Shown here: positions 25,866-39,519 of the stretch, piece after piece | Layout: the number at the start of each line of letters is the position of its first letter | How positions within the stretch are numbered: position 1 is the first letter of the stretch | The notes under the pieces: model-generated | The model's database searches: none | What the model was told of the DNA's origin: nothing | Seen by the model: the letters and a program-made list of their open reading frames with translations, nothing else | Position numbers and translations under genes: made by a program | Origin: Octopus vulgaris | Taxonomy: Eukaryota | Length of the DNA: 64,000 bases | Assembly: GCA_951406725.2 (NCBI GenBank) | Contig: OX597823.1 | Location: forward strand, 39,556,001 to 39,620,000 | Direction of reading: 5' to 3'

Positions 25866-26061
25866 TTTGGCACAAGGCCAGCATGTTTGAGAGAGTCGAG
25901 TCCATTACATGGACCTCGGTGCTCAACTCTTATTTTATCGACCTCAGAAACACAAAAGGTAAAGTCGACCAATGCGGAACTTGAACTCAGAACATAAAGG
26001 CGGACGAAATGCCGTTAAGCATTTTTCCCGGTGTGCTAACGATTTTCCCAGCTCACAGCCA
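25866..26061 (-). mobile_element. SINE family B, tail type 2
   Basis: ttttggcacaaggccagc...gaactcagaacataaaggcggacgaaatg. Confidence 0.75.
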
Positions 26062-26095
26062 TAAAAATATAAATTTCTCTCTCTACATATATATA

Positions 26096-26390
26096 CCGTA
26101 TTTGATGGCCTGTAAGACGCACGAGCGAATAGGACGCACCCTAGCCTAGGGTATACTTTTGTAAAATAAATTACCGCTAAAATAATGTTTTAATTCCACC
26201 ACTTACCTGTATAACTTTATGTTATTACCGGTAATTATAAGAAACTTATTGCTTCCATATTCGTTATAAACACACCATAGACGATTGTTCACCAATAGAT
26301 AGCAGCACACGTTTTGTAAACATACATATCGTTTTGAGCCTACATTGAGTGCATTGGACGAAGGGGGAATTTTAAAGCCATCAAATATGG
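26096..26390. mobile_element. Tc2/pogo-type MITE
   Basis: TA-ccgtatttgatggcct ... agccatcaaatatgg-TA inverted ends. A related decayed copy lies at about 32915-33089. Confidence 0.6.
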
Positions 26391-27415
26391 TAAACCCCCC
26401 CCCACACACACACAAGTGTATATGTATATGCATATATACAGACAATGCATTCATTATTCGAAGCTAAGTTTGCATGAATCACTGCTCGGAGCTTCTCGAC
26501 TTCTCGTTCGGCTCTTCAAGCAGTTGCTTGTGGATTGTAGATTTTGAAGTTTTCTTAACTACATGTTAAAGGCTCGAATGCCTTTTATCACGTGACACCG
26601 AAATGCATGTTGTTCTGGTCAAGTGATGCTTGTCATGTGATATTAAAAAACAACTTGGTAGCAAAATACTTCCTACACATTTGTTTTAATCGATACTATG
26701 TTGAGAAGGATAAAAGAGCAGAAAGAAATTTTAGTATTCTGTCAAAAATAGCTAAGTTTTCTAAAGATTTCTATAGATAGAAGCGATATTATTGTGATGT
26801 TATTGTAATTTTCGAAGTTCATTAACCTTTGATCTGTTGTCAAATTTCGATGAATGGAATTTTCTGCATGTTCATGTTTAGGAATTGGATTAACACGATA
26901 TTTTGTTTTGATTAGAGGATTCCATAAAAGTAAGGACGAGCAGTGGGGTTATTATGAATCCAGCTGTCGTAGACACACACATGCGCGTATACATACATGT
27001 GTGTCTCTGTGCGTATGTATAGATTATGTAAGTAGGTATGTACATTTGTGTGTAATAAATAACATGTGTGTGTGTATTTGATATGAATATAATGCAACAC
27101 TATAAAATGCTATATAAAATATATGTTGATATATATATATACACACGCACACATACATACACGCACACATACATACACGCACACATACATACACGCACAC
27201 TCGCACATGATATATGGGAGATAAATTTTTCATCCATTAGAGTCATGTCACGGCTCAAAATAGATCCTATCTTATATGAACGTTTGTTGACCTCCTTCGG
27301 TCAAAAAAACATGTTTCTATAACGTTATTATGTACCTTGTGGAGTGCGTATATACCTTATTAGCGAGTGTGTGTGTATGAAAGAGAAAAAGAAGAAAATG
27401 GAGAAATTGTGATAT

Positions 27416-27690
27416 ACGTGGTCTGATCAATAAATATCCGGACTGTTGCTACAGTAACGAAGCTAGAGCACGAGTGAAGCCGCTTGGCACAGATTAACCG
27501 TGAACTCTGCAGTGCATGCGCACTAAGTTTTAACGATCTAGTTTATTGCCGCTGTTTACAGCAGTGCTTGGAAGGAAGTTGTGTGGCGTATGATCGTAGC
27601 ATTGACCATAGCAGAGAAAGATGAGCAGAGAATCTGCATCAAATTTTGCCAAAAGCTTACCGATAACTGCTCAGAGGCCTACGCAAAGTT
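27416..27690 (+). mobile_element. Mariner 5' end relic
   Basis: TA-cgtggtctgatcaataaatatccgga TIR-like start; EQRICIKFCQKL transposase N-terminus. Confidence 0.7.
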
Positions 27691-28864
27691 TTCAAAAAGT
27701 TTTCATTGTTCTCGACACCACCAAGGAGATCTTATACAAATGGAACCCGACTGTTTATATCTAGCACTACGTCTTTTTCCATTTCTAAGTTAAGCGGGAA
27801 AATAACGCAACCCTGCAAAACACAACTAATCTTTACACACAGACGCACAGAACAACAGCAATCAAATAACGACAGCGAGTACACAACAAACATCAGTGAT
27901 CTGACTATTGCCTGTACTCTTTTATGCCGAACCTGCGAGAACGAAAGATGGTGAACTTAACAGGAAAATCAAGATGTGGGAATCCATAATCTGTTTGTGG
28001 CGTGATTCATCTTTTCAAGGATTTATAAGAATTTGGATTGGAAGTATCACTGTTTTACTCTTTACCAAACATCAGCCGTTAAGCTGTTCTCATATGATGG
28101 ATTAAAAAAAAAATGTAATTTAAAACAAAGGCATGGCTGAAAGCCTTCTGTATTTGCTTACCACTGAATGCTACGCAATTCTTCAAACATATTTTCTTCA
28201 ACCAATACATTTTAGCAGCAGCTTCGACAATTGTCCAATCATATTCCTTAGAACTGTTTTCTAGGACGGCATTTAATTAGTTGTTCCTTTAATTATGTGT
28301 TGAAAAGCTTAATCTTTCACTCATGCCATTCATTTTCACTGCCTGTGGTTTTTTCTTTTTATTTCCTGGAAAATAAAGGGTAAGATTTTAAATACCTCAA
28401 AAGAATATTTTAGCTAATTTGTTTGGGAAAAACGATGTCAGACATATGTCAGAGGAGCCGAACACATTTTAGTTATGTTCCACAAATACTACTGAATAGT
28501 AGTGGAGTGGGTGAATGAGAGAACTTATTTACTGCTGTTTATTATTACTAAACGTCCTAGGTTCAAATCGTAATGTTCCGACACTAGAACCGACTTCTAT
28601 TTACTTACTGTTTCATTTTTGTTGTCGATTAACCCACCAAAAATATCAACCCTGTACCGTAGGTTGCCTTGAATAAATATAGCATCAGGCATTTTTAGAG
28701 CTGTTGTGACTCATCCCGTTCCGTGTCTGATCACAGTCAGTTTCTTCGAGAAGAGAGAAAGAGAGGGACAGAAATAAAGGGAAGAATCAACCCAGTACCA
28801 GACTGGTACTTTGTTTATCGATTCCGAAAGGACGAAAGGCAAGCAATCTATCTAGAACTCTAAC

Positions 28865-29007
28865 GAATCAGCTATTTGGTCGCTTTGGAGCAACATGAAA
28901 TGAAGAACCTTGTTCAAAGACGCAATTGATTGCGGAATCCAAGAATCGAAACCATAAATTTATGATAGTGAGCTCAACAGTGTAACTATCTGGCCACGTG
29001 CTTCCAC
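28865..29007 (-). mobile_element. SINE family D, degenerate
   Basis: ggagcaacatgaaatgaag..gaatcgaaacca..ggccacgtgcttcca. Confidence 0.55.
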
Positions 29008-29284
29008 AGAGAAAGAGGAGTTACAGAGTCAGCGCAATAAGATTAGGCGAGCAGAAGAGATTGAAAACAAGCGAAAGGATGTCATAAGTGGAACAGTAGT
29101 TCAAGAGTATTGGTGAAAGAATGTCATATAAAATACTGGTGAGCTTAGAGACTTTTAATGGCTGAACTCCAGATACATCTCTGATCAGTCTGCTCACCAG
29201 AAATCAAGTGAACCAATTATTAGTCCGTTAAAGGCCTGTAATATACGACGCTATTGTTCACAGATGCATGACATATTTTTTATC

Positions 29285-29612
29285 TCTTCTTGTTTCAGTC
29301 ACTAGATTGCGATCATGTTGGAGCACTACTTCCTAGATTTTTAAAATTTTAGTCGTGGAATCTACTCCATTACTTATTTTTAATAAGTCTGGTACTTATT
29401 ATATCGACTCTTATGCCGAACCGCTAAGTTATAGGGACGTAAACAAATGACACCGGTTGTCAAGCGATTCTGGATCACTCACACACACAAACACACACAC
29501 ACAACTACACTCACACACCTACATATACACGCAAATGACGGGCTTCCACACAGTTTCTGTCAACAAAATTCACTCCCAAAATATTGCTGAGTAGGACTGA
29601 ACCTGAAACCAC
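29285..29612 (-). mobile_element. SINE family C
   Basis: gccgaaccgctaagttatagggacgtaaac..gacgggcttccacacagtttc. Confidence 0.8.
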
Positions 29613-29824
29613 GTCGATTATATTCAAACCAATATTTCCTATAATTGAAGGCCATGTTCTCCAGGGTGAGGCGGCTGGTGGAGTGAGGACTAAAACAAGA
29701 GGCTGAGAAAAGACCATGTTTAATAAAACTTAGAAGTTTTCTAGCTTTTGAATCTTGCCTCACTCCATGGAGAAGAAAGAATTGAAGGGCTTCAAACTCT
29801 GTTTTGTCTTCTCATTAATATAGA

Positions 29825-30235
29825 GATAGGCGAGGGTGGATTGACAGAAATATTTGAGTGTCGAACAAAATACCTCTTGTTATATGTTCCCGGTCTTTAC
29901 GTTCTGAGTTCAAATTGCACTAAAACCAACTTTATCCTTCATCTTTTCGAGGGTCGATAAAATAAAGTACCAGTCAAATACTGGGGTTCAATGTAATCGA
30001 CTAAATCTACTTTCCGTAAAATTATCGGGTGTCTCAATAAGAAACAGTTTTTGTGGGTGGTGATTCGACAGAATCCATAAGGCGCCGGACAAAATGTCGT
30101 TCAATATTTACCTCGGCTCTTTATTTACCTCGCTCCGAGGTCATATCGCGTCAAGGTCAACTTAGCCTTTCATTGTTTCGGGGTAATCGATTAAATCTTC
30201 CCCTAAAAATTGCTGGCTGTTTATCTGTGTTGGAG
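29825..30235 (+). mobile_element. Two tandem degenerate SINE family B copies
   Basis: cgttctgagttcaaatt..tcgataaaataaagtaccagtc, with a second head at about 30055. Confidence 0.6.
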
Positions 30236-30859
30236 ACAGTTAATAGAGAAGGGGAAAGAGTATCAAAAGGTAAAGTCATTCTTTGGTTGTGGGAGGGGTT
30301 GATATTTCTCATTTTGAAGACACTGATTTAATTAGAAATAAAATTAATAAACCAGGAAAAAAACAAAATAAAACGTCATATCAACCAATCAGGTTTTTAA
30401 ACAGTCTTTTGTTCTTCCTGAAATATGATGAGTTGTGTGCGTAGGATGGTGGGGAAGTTTAGATGTCCACAAAATAAGTGTGATGTAGCATACCAGAACA
30501 TAGGAAATTGCCTTCGTTAACCTAAAATTGTCCGATCAGATTCGATGTCAGCTTAACATTAGAGCTCATATCGTTCTGAAGTAGTTATTTTGTAGGTCAC
30601 GACACGATTTTTATTGCACTACAGACATGTTGTATTTGTGATTGTGCATACTATCAAATGGATAAACTAATAAATATCAAGGTAAGAAACTACAGATATC
30701 CGGAAGAAAGAACATCCGTCAAAACAACAATGTAGGACACAGAGAGATTCATGCAGACACCCGAGATAAAAAAGCCTTTGTATTTTGTGTTATATTTGCT
30801 TAAATGCAGGTCATCATTGATCGATAGGCCAATGATCGTAGGTGTTCCGGTAATAATCA

Positions 30860-31125
30860 TCATAGCTGTGTAGGTAAAAAGATCTCTTCGCAAGCCTTGT
30901 GGTTTCAGTTCGATCTCATGGCACGGTACCTCGGGCAAGTGCCTTCTATCATAGCCTTGGGTCAACCAATGTACGTAGACAATTTAGGTCCTGTGATACA
31001 GAGGTTATTGCTAACATAGACACCACATTGGGATAAATACTGGGTTTGATATGATCGACTTCATTCTTGAAGGCGCTGCTACAGTATAACCACAATCCAA
31101 TGATTGACACTACTCAAAGAAAAGA
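30860..31125 (+). mobile_element. SINE family C, degenerate
   Basis: ggtacctcgggcaagtgccttctatcatagcc..gaaggcgctgctacag. Confidence 0.6.
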
Positions 31126-31278
31126 ATCTTGTGCTTTTGTATATCAACGATAATATTAACTAATACCTTGCGGTGTTTGTTCCAGCCCTTTGCTGGAACA
31201 AACACATACATACATACATACATACATACATACATACATGCATGCATGCATACATGCATACATACATACATACATATA

Positions 31279-31515
31279 TGGCGGCGAGCTGGCAGAAACG
31301 TTAGCAGGCCGGGTGAAATGCGTAGCCGTATTTTGTCTGCCGTTACGTTCTGAGTTCAAATTCCACCGATGTCGATTTTGCCTTTCGTCCTTTCAGGGGC
31401 GATGAAATAAGTACCAGTTACGCACTGGGGTCGATGTAATCGACTTAATTCCTTGGTCTGTCCTTGTTTGTTCCCTCTATGTTATGTTTAGCCCCTTGTT
31501 GGCAGTAAAGAAATA
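31279..31515 (+). mobile_element. SINE family B, full length
   Basis: GGCGGCGAGCTGGCAGAAACG (A box) ... GAGTTCAAATTCC (B box), central domain and tail ending taaagaaata. Confidence 0.9.
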
Positions 31516-31877
31516 TATATATATGTGTATGTATATATATATATATATATATATTGTGTGTGTGTATTTGACCAATGTTTAAACTTCCCCAAGGTTGGGT
31601 TTTCTTTTTTATTCATTCTTATAAAACCATTTCATTTAGCTGTAATTTTGTCCTATAAAAATTGTTCTTGTGCTTATTAAATTAAAAAAAACAGCAACTA
31701 TCACAGTTTCGAAAATGTCTATCATCCCGTGTCACCTCTGAGATAAATGTCGGGCTGTTTATATGGGGATATAACCAGGTGATGTTAGATTAATAAATTT
31801 TGGAAGTGTGGTGCTCATTAAGGTGTACCTCTTATATAAAAAAAATTAAGCCAAAATACAAGTGGAAGGCGTGAAGT

Positions 31878-32329
31878 GGATCTTTTCGGTTTGAACGGCA
31901 GTTTTTTAAAATAACTTCTACGTAACTAAACACTTTTAAACTTCGTATACTGGTAGAATGTGTTTATAAAACATCTTTTTCTCTCGGCTTTATTGAGAAA
32001 ATTCTATAGTTTGTAAGATATTTGTTGTTTTTTTCTTCAATTTCTGCAATTTCAACCAATCAATGACGTCTATTGAGGTGAAAACATTCTGTGCCGTATG
32101 AAAATGTCCCTCGTTTAAGAAACAGATTGGGTTTATTTACATTTCTGAAGAAAAACAGATACCCTTCCCCCACCCCTAACCCTAACCCAAACTAACCCTA
32201 ACTAACCCTAACTCTAACCCTAACCCCAAAATAGATTGGAATGCAAAAGATCGATACTAGGGTCATACTTATGGGTGACAATTTCATATGACACCGCTAG
32301 GAAAACAGCCGTTCAAACCGAAAAGATCC
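31878..32329. mobile_element. Non-autonomous DNA transposon (Merlin-like) with internal telomere-like (CCCTAA)n
   Basis: 28-bp TIRs ggatcttttcggtttgaacggcagtttt / aaaacagccgttcaaaccgaaaagatcc; 8-bp flanks cgtgaagt / cataaagt; imperfect CCCTAA repeats at 32174-32228. Confidence 0.85.
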
Positions 32330-32371
32330 CATAAAGTTTCTACTTTGATAATTATGAATAATTATCATATT

Positions 32372-32795
32372 ATTCTTTTTTACTTGTTTCAGTCTTACAC
32401 TACGGTTGTGCTGGAACATAGCCTTAAAGAATTTAAGTCAGCCGAATCGACCTCAGTACTTTTTTTTAAGTCATGGTACTTATTCTATCGGTTTTATTTT
32501 GCCGAACTGCTAAGTTACTGGGACGTAAACATGCCAACACTGGTTGTAAAGCAGTGTTGGGGGCAGACAAGTATACACACATACATATATATCATACATA
32601 TATTAGTATTTAGCCGTGGGCCGACGAAAGCGACCATATACGATAGGCGTTTTTTAGTTCCCCCGTACCAAATCCACTTATAAGGCTTTGGTCGACCCAG
32701 GGCCATAGTAAGAGACTCTTGCCTAAGGTTCTATACTGTAGGACTGAACCCGGAACCATATGGTTGGAAAGCAAACGGCTTACCAGACAGCCACA
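32372..32795 (-). mobile_element. SINE family C, full length
   Basis: Tail at left; head ggactgaacccggaaccatatggttgg at right. Confidence 0.8.
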
Positions 32796-33628
32796 TGAAT
32801 TTAGGAGAAAACAGAGTAAATGGTAATGTCTGGAGCACAGTTGGTAAAGAAAATATTTATGTAAAAATAAAGAAAAAGCAAAAAAGAAAACTCAATGAAA
32901 TGAAAAAAAAATAATGCATTTGATAGTATATAAGATGTTCTATATTTTCAAAAGATATCACCCTGGGTCCCACATACGAAGTTGAGCCTCCATACTTTAA
33001 ATATAATATGCCTTTTACCTTGAATATGCGCTGCTAAAATTAGGGAGTATTCAAATATGCCCGTGCGTCTTTTATGCCATCAAATGCGGTAAATAACAAC
33101 ATAAAATAAGAACGAGGAGGAAAAGAGAGAGGAGGGGGTGGTTGATGCAAAAGAGAGAAAGAGAGAGAAGAGGGGGTGGTTGATGCAAGAGAGGGAGAGA
33201 GAGAGAGAGAGGAATAGATTGTTAGACAGAAAAGAGTGAAAAGAAATAATACAGATTACATATATCCACTACAATGGCACTCTTAATAGAATTTGGAAGA
33301 CATCAGTTTAGTTACGTAATAACTAAATCCAATAATTAACTGAACAGCAAAACAAGAGGGTTCGTCAATGATTGACAAAAAATATTTCTCTGCAGACGAC
33401 TTCCTTTCTTTCTCTTCTTCCTTCTTTCCGGTTTTTCTTTTTTTTTTTTATCTTTTGCTTTCCTTTTTTTTCTATCTGATTGTTTTTTATTTCTTTTATC
33501 TATTTATTTGTTTTCCTTTCTATCCGGCTATTTTTTGCTTTTTCTTCTGTGCTTTTTTTTTACTTTTTGTAATTTCTACACCACATTTCGCCAGTCTGAA
33601 GTTTTAGACGGATGTTGCATAAAACAGT

Positions 33629-33666
<38 letters not shown>

Positions 33667-35055
33667 ACACACATAGCTTAAACACATACCATAGAATCGC
33701 AACTATGCGCTTCTTTGTGAATGAAGGAATATCAAATACATACAATATTATATGAATGTATACATACGTAAATAAATATATACATATATATATTTATATG
33801 ATTTATTTGTAATGAGTATATTTATGCATGTATGCATTGATATGTATATATGTATACGTGCATATGTATAAGTGTATATGTAAGGGTGCATGCTGTGAAT
33901 ATTTCAGTCGATTATATGCTGTTATATAGCATTTTGTCCGGAACTCTACCGAGTCAGCCAAGCCAGCGCCAAGTTTTAATTTAATAATCATTCCTAACAT
34001 AGCTAAAAAAAAAAATTTTAGGTTTTTATGATGGAGGGTATGTATAATTGATTTTATCCACCCCTGTTTTTCACTGATAGTTTATTTTATCGAGCCTCGG
34101 AAAAGCAAAGTTAACCTCGATTGGATTTGAACTCAGAACGTAAGAGATCGTCACCGAATACTGTAAGGTATATTGTCTGCGGCTTTAATAATCCAGCCAC
34201 TCCGCAATTCCCTTTTGAGGTACTACTCCTACATATATTTAGTGGAAGGAGTTTAGTCAGTTATATCAGCCCTACAACTGATTTGCTACTTTACTTTGTC
34301 AAACCACCATCCCAAGTTTCGGCAGGATTTGAACTCAGAACGTGACGGAAGGTAACTAAACAACACAAAAACCAATATTTTCGTCGTGCTCCAGATACTG
34401 TTCATCTATTGCCCCTCCTGATTAATTAGAATTTATTTTTTGTCTTCAGTCAATAAGTGTTATTTCCTATTTACTTCTAACTCGAAATCAAAAGAAATGA
34501 CTTCAATTTTCGCTTTTGTGATCGGGACATCAATGTTTCGAAACTGACCTATTATTCATTGCATTTCACATAGATTGAGCTCTGAGCTGCTGAAGAAGAA
34601 ATATCGTTGTAGCAAATATTCTGCTCAGTAACACAGATTTGCTTGGCCTTAACCACTTGAGCATGTCTCCTAGTGACTGACAATATGTGCGTCTCTGATC
34701 ATGTGCAGAAGTAGTGTGGAGCATCATAGCCATGTATTGAGAGGGATTCACTGGGATTTGAAATAATGTTATAAAAACAAAGTTTGAAGGAAATATTAAC
34801 CATTTTCCATAATTTCTAGGAGTAAGCAAATAGGAAATAACAGTTGCTACCCAAGGACAAAAATCGTATCACACAGTGTTATCATTGTTAATTACCGCAT
34901 ATGTCCCCGTTTTCCAAATAATTATTTTAAAAAATTCTATTGTGTCTTTCTCTGATTCCACCCTCACTTTCTCTCACACCACTTTTTTATCCCCGGTTTT
35001 GTATCTGGTTTGCATGATTCAAGTGAATTCGTGAGTTGAAACGAATTTTGATGTG

Positions 35056-35359
35056 TCTAGGAATACTCATTATGTCATTATCATTAACTCACACACTGGT
35101 TCAGTCCCACTCCTTTATTATTAGTCAATTAGTTAAATATCCAACTAACTAATAGACTAAAGTCAAAATTCATTGAAAAGTTTGCAAGTAGCAACGGAAG
35201 AACTTTGACAAACAAAAACAAAAGAAATGAGTTACTGTTTAACCAAATTAAACGAACAATCGATTAGTCAGATGTATATTTAATCAATTGACAAAAGTAA
35301 AAGAGTGGAACTGAACGAGTGTGTGTGTTAATAATATTGGCATAATGACTCTCCCTAGA
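35056..35359. mobile_element. Degenerate MITE-like element with about 75-bp imperfect inverted ends
   Basis: tctaggaatactcattatgtc..ggttcagtcccactc versus gagtggaactgaacg..ggcataatgactctccctaga. Related sequence at about 50550-50750. Confidence 0.55.
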
Positions 35360-35479
35360 CTCAACAATATATATATATACACACGCCGAGGTCGATAATT
35401 TAAGTACCAGTTGCGTACTGAAGTCGATCTAATCAACTGACCGCCACCAAATTTCAGGCCTTGTGCCTTGTGTAGAAAA

Positions 35480-35524
<45 letters not shown>

Positions 35525-35589
35525 CACACATATATATACACGGTACTACTTTGGTATGCTATCTACACTAATAATAAATGTATTCTTTT

Positions 35590-35989
35590 CTACTCTAGGC
35601 ACAAAGCCCGAAATTTTGGGGGATGGGAGCCAGTCGATTAGATCGACCCCAGTACGCAACTGGTATTTCATTTATTGATCCCGAAAAGATGAAAGCAAAA
35701 ATCAACCTCGGCAGAATTTGAACTCAGAATGTAAAGACAGACGAGATACCTATTTCTATTTCTTTATTGCCCACAAGGGGCTAAACATAGAGGGGGCAAA
35801 CAAGAACAGACAAACGGATTAAATCGATTACATCGTCCCCAGTGCGTAACTGGTACTTAATTTATCGACCCCGAAGGGATGAAAGGCAAAGTCGACCTCG
35901 GTGGAATTTGAACTCAGAACGTAACGGCAGACGAAATACGGCTACGCATTTCGCCCGACTTGCTAACGTTTCTGCCACCTCATCGCCTT
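35590..35989 (-). mobile_element. Composite of two SINE family B copies (tail type 2 at 35590-35752, tail type 1 at 35757-35989)
   Basis: Two consecutive copies of the cgaccccgaaaggatgaaag..gaactcagaa domain. Confidence 0.85.
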
Positions 35990-36289
35990 ACAATAATAGT
36001 AAATTTTTTAAACAATAAAATTAGTGAAGTTGTTTCAAATTTGCTTCATTATAATTTCTTTTTAATAATAGATGTATAGTATGTATAAAAATTTTGTCAA
36101 TATTTACTTTTCTAGCTGAAGTTCGTTTGATTCGCCCATAAAATTAGTAAACTTGTTTCAAATCTGCTTCATTTTAAGTTTTTAAAAATAAATGTATAAA
36201 AATGTAAGAATATTCTATTTAAGCCATAATAAATAAAAATGAAAAATGTAGATCTGTTCGTTCAAACTGCACATATCTGTGGAGTAGCT

Positions 36290-36630
36290 CTTCATCTATA
36301 CAAAGAAACTATTCAACGCAGTCTCCATCACAAGAGATGCATTTGCGTCATCGTTGAATCCATCTCTGGAATCCTGTTTGGAAATATTAAGCTGCGCGCT
36401 GTTAGGCCCATTTCTTCGGAGTTCCTTACATCTCATCTCTGTCACGAAATCATTGTCCCAAAGATTGTTTGACGTTCTTCCCTGGGGCAAACAGGTGGTA
36501 ACCAGCAGGTGTCAGTTCCAGGCTGTACAGTGGATGGAGCGACTACTGAATAACCTAATTTGCTGAGTGATGTGTTATCAAAGATGCGTGTGGCCTCGCA
36601 ATGCCATGGTATCATCTAATTAACAATCCG
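36290..36630 (-). mobile_element. Mariner transposase C-terminal relic
   Basis: Minus-strand frame HPLYSLELTPAGYHLF (like HPPYSPDLAPSDYHLF) and a terminal RKCISCDGDCVE. Confidence 0.65.
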
Positions 36631-36892
36631 TAGTCTTGATGGATGTCAGGCAATCCGCATCCCAGCCCTTTCATTAAGTGGTCAATGATGGTATGTTGCT
36701 TCTGCTTGGAATCCAGTATTTGTCTACATAGAGCAAGAAGAAAACTTACCACAGAGGAAAATTTACTCAACCAACGTACGCAATTTGAACGACCTGTACA
36801 AATTAATAGAAGTGTTATGCGCACTATTTCATTGCTTTAAGTATAAAACTCGTCTATGTGTGAGTATGTATGCGTAATATGCACGTTTACAA

Positions 36893-37098
36893 ACATACAT
36901 ACATACATGCATACATGCATACATGCATACACACACACATACATACATACATACATACATACATACATACATACATACATACATGCACACATGCACACAT
37001 ACATGCATACATGCATACATACATACATACATACATACATACATACATACATACATACATACATACATACATACATACATACATACATACATACATAC
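36893..37098. repeat. (TACA)n microsatellite
   Basis: Directly visible. Confidence 0.95.
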
Positions 37099-37184
37099 AC
37101 GAGTGCTATACTGAAGAAATGCAGTGTGTATAACGCTTTTATTAATATGTTCAGGTCATTCCAATATAATGTTGGTTTCAAACT

Positions 37185-37399
37185 TTGTCTCAAGGCCAGT
37201 AACTTCAGGGGTGAGGGTGAGGGACGTAGTCAATTACATCGACCCCGGTGCTCGACTTGTAATATATTTTATCGACCTCCAAAGAATGAAAGCAAAGTCG
37301 GCCTCGGCAAAATTTGAACTTAGAACACATAAAGACAGATGAAATGCCACTGAAGATTTTGCGCAACAGGCTAACGATTCTCCTAAAAGCTCGCCGCCT
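37185..37399 (-). mobile_element. SINE family B, tail type 2
   Basis: attacatcgacccc...aagctcgccgcct. Confidence 0.75.
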
Positions 37400-37534
37400 A
37401 AAAACGTATCCGTAATAATGGTGACAGACAAAATAGTACTCATTACCATAGTAAAGATTAATAATATATTTTTATCTTGATCGAGCCACGGTTTCTTGTT
37501 ATTCTGAGTTTTGCCTGTGGGTGAATAGGGCTTT

Positions 37535-37535
<1 letters not shown>

Positions 37536-37602
<67 letters not shown>

Positions 37603-37673
37603 CGTGTGTGTGTGTGTGTGTGTGCGTGTGTCTGTGTGTGTCTGTGTGTGTGTGCGTGCGTGTGTGTGTGCGT

Positions 37674-37717
<44 letters not shown>

Positions 37718-37720
37718 GTC

Positions 37721-37772
<52 letters not shown>

Positions 37773-37795
37773 TATGTGTGTGTGTGTGTGTGTGT
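37536..37795. repeat. (TG)n microsatellite
   Basis: Directly visible. Confidence 0.95.
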
Positions 37796-38344
37796 ACTTG
37801 TACTCATTCATAGCACGAAGGCTAACGTATGCGGTATGCGTCATGTATTCTCTCTCCATTTCCTTTTCGCACTTCCTCTCTTTCTCCTTCTCTCTCCCTC
37901 CCCGTCTCTGCATTTCCCCCTTCTCTCTTTCTCTCTGCCTCTCTCTGTCTCCTTCTCTCTATCATCACCAACAAATTTCAATGTAATTATTGTTGCTCTT
38001 TTGTTGTTATTTTAATTGTGATCGTCGTCATTCTCGTTACTGTTGCTGATATTACTGATTAAAGTGTAGACGATAATTTAAAGGGGCAGAGCCTTTTTTT
38101 TTGTTTACTTGTTGTTATTGTTTGTTGTTGCTGCTGCTGCTGTTGCTGTTGTGGTTGTTGTGGTTGTTGTTGTGGTTGTTGTTGTTGTTGTTGCTCTCAT
38201 TGCTTTTCTTCTTGACGCCACTGTTGCTGTTCCTGTTAATTCTATTGTGGCTATGTATCTTTTTTGCTTAGTGGTTGATATCTTTGTTGTTGTACTGTTT
38301 ACAATTCATACTTCTATAAAATGGGTCGGCATTTACGAGAGAGC

Positions 38345-38376
<32 letters not shown>

Positions 38377-38411
38377 CAGAGACAGAGACAGAGAGAGACA
38401 GAGAGAGCAAG

Positions 38412-38738
<327 letters not shown>

Positions 38739-39162
38739 CCGTATATACTCGGCTATAAGTCGCACTTTTTTATCCCCTGAAATTTTCACCTAAAGTTGGG
38801 GGTGCGACTTATAAGCGCATCTTATAAAAAAAAATCTTCGGATATTTTCTAGGTACAAGCCACGTCAGAAGTTCCGACACTTGGAATGACCGAAAGGGAT
38901 AAAATTTTACATTACAAACAACGGTTTCTAAAATGCATGGACTTAATGGGATAACAGTTATTGTAGGTCATCTTTAGCTTACTGAAAGCTCGATTACCGA
39001 ACAACAATTATGTCGGCGTGATTCCTAATTGAATTTTGCTCTCCAACATCAAAAAAGTCGCTGCGACTTATAGTCAGATCAATGATAAAATTCCCGATTT
39101 GAACCTTATAAGTTGGGAGTGCGTATTATAGGCGAGGGCGTTTTATAGTCGAGTATATACGG
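38739..39162. mobile_element. Tc2/pogo-type MITE inserted at a TA of the (GATA)n array
   Basis: TIRs ccgtatatactcggctataa / ttatagtcgagtatatacgg with TA on both sides; internal gcgacttata subterminal repeats. Confidence 0.9.
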
Positions 39163-39302
39163 TAATTAGATAGAGAGATAGGTAGTTAGACAGAAAGGTA
39201 GATAGATAAATACATAAATAGAAAGATAGATAGTAAGATAGACAAATAGACAGACAGAGTGAAAATGACAGGTAGACTGAAGGAGAAAGAAAAAGGGATA
39301 AT

Positions 39303-39340
<38 letters not shown>

Positions 39341-39519
39341 GGGAAAGAAAGAAGTGGACTGAAGATGAAAGCAGGAGGAACAATAAGCAAAGAGAGAAAG
39401 AGTATGCCACATATTGCATACAATCACCTTCCAAATATGGAGGCATACAATTGCACATACATACACTCACACATACGCGTTTCCCTGCGTGCACATACAG
39501 ATGCATACGAAGATATATA

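Noticed and set aside
26096-33089. A single 7-kb Tc2-like transposon bounded by TIRs at 26096 and 33089
   Set aside because: Each end has a nearer partner (26390 and about 32915), so two small MITEs explain it better.
34586-34613. CTGAAGA a GAAA motif
   Set aside because: There is no stem II and the cleavage-site residue would be G.
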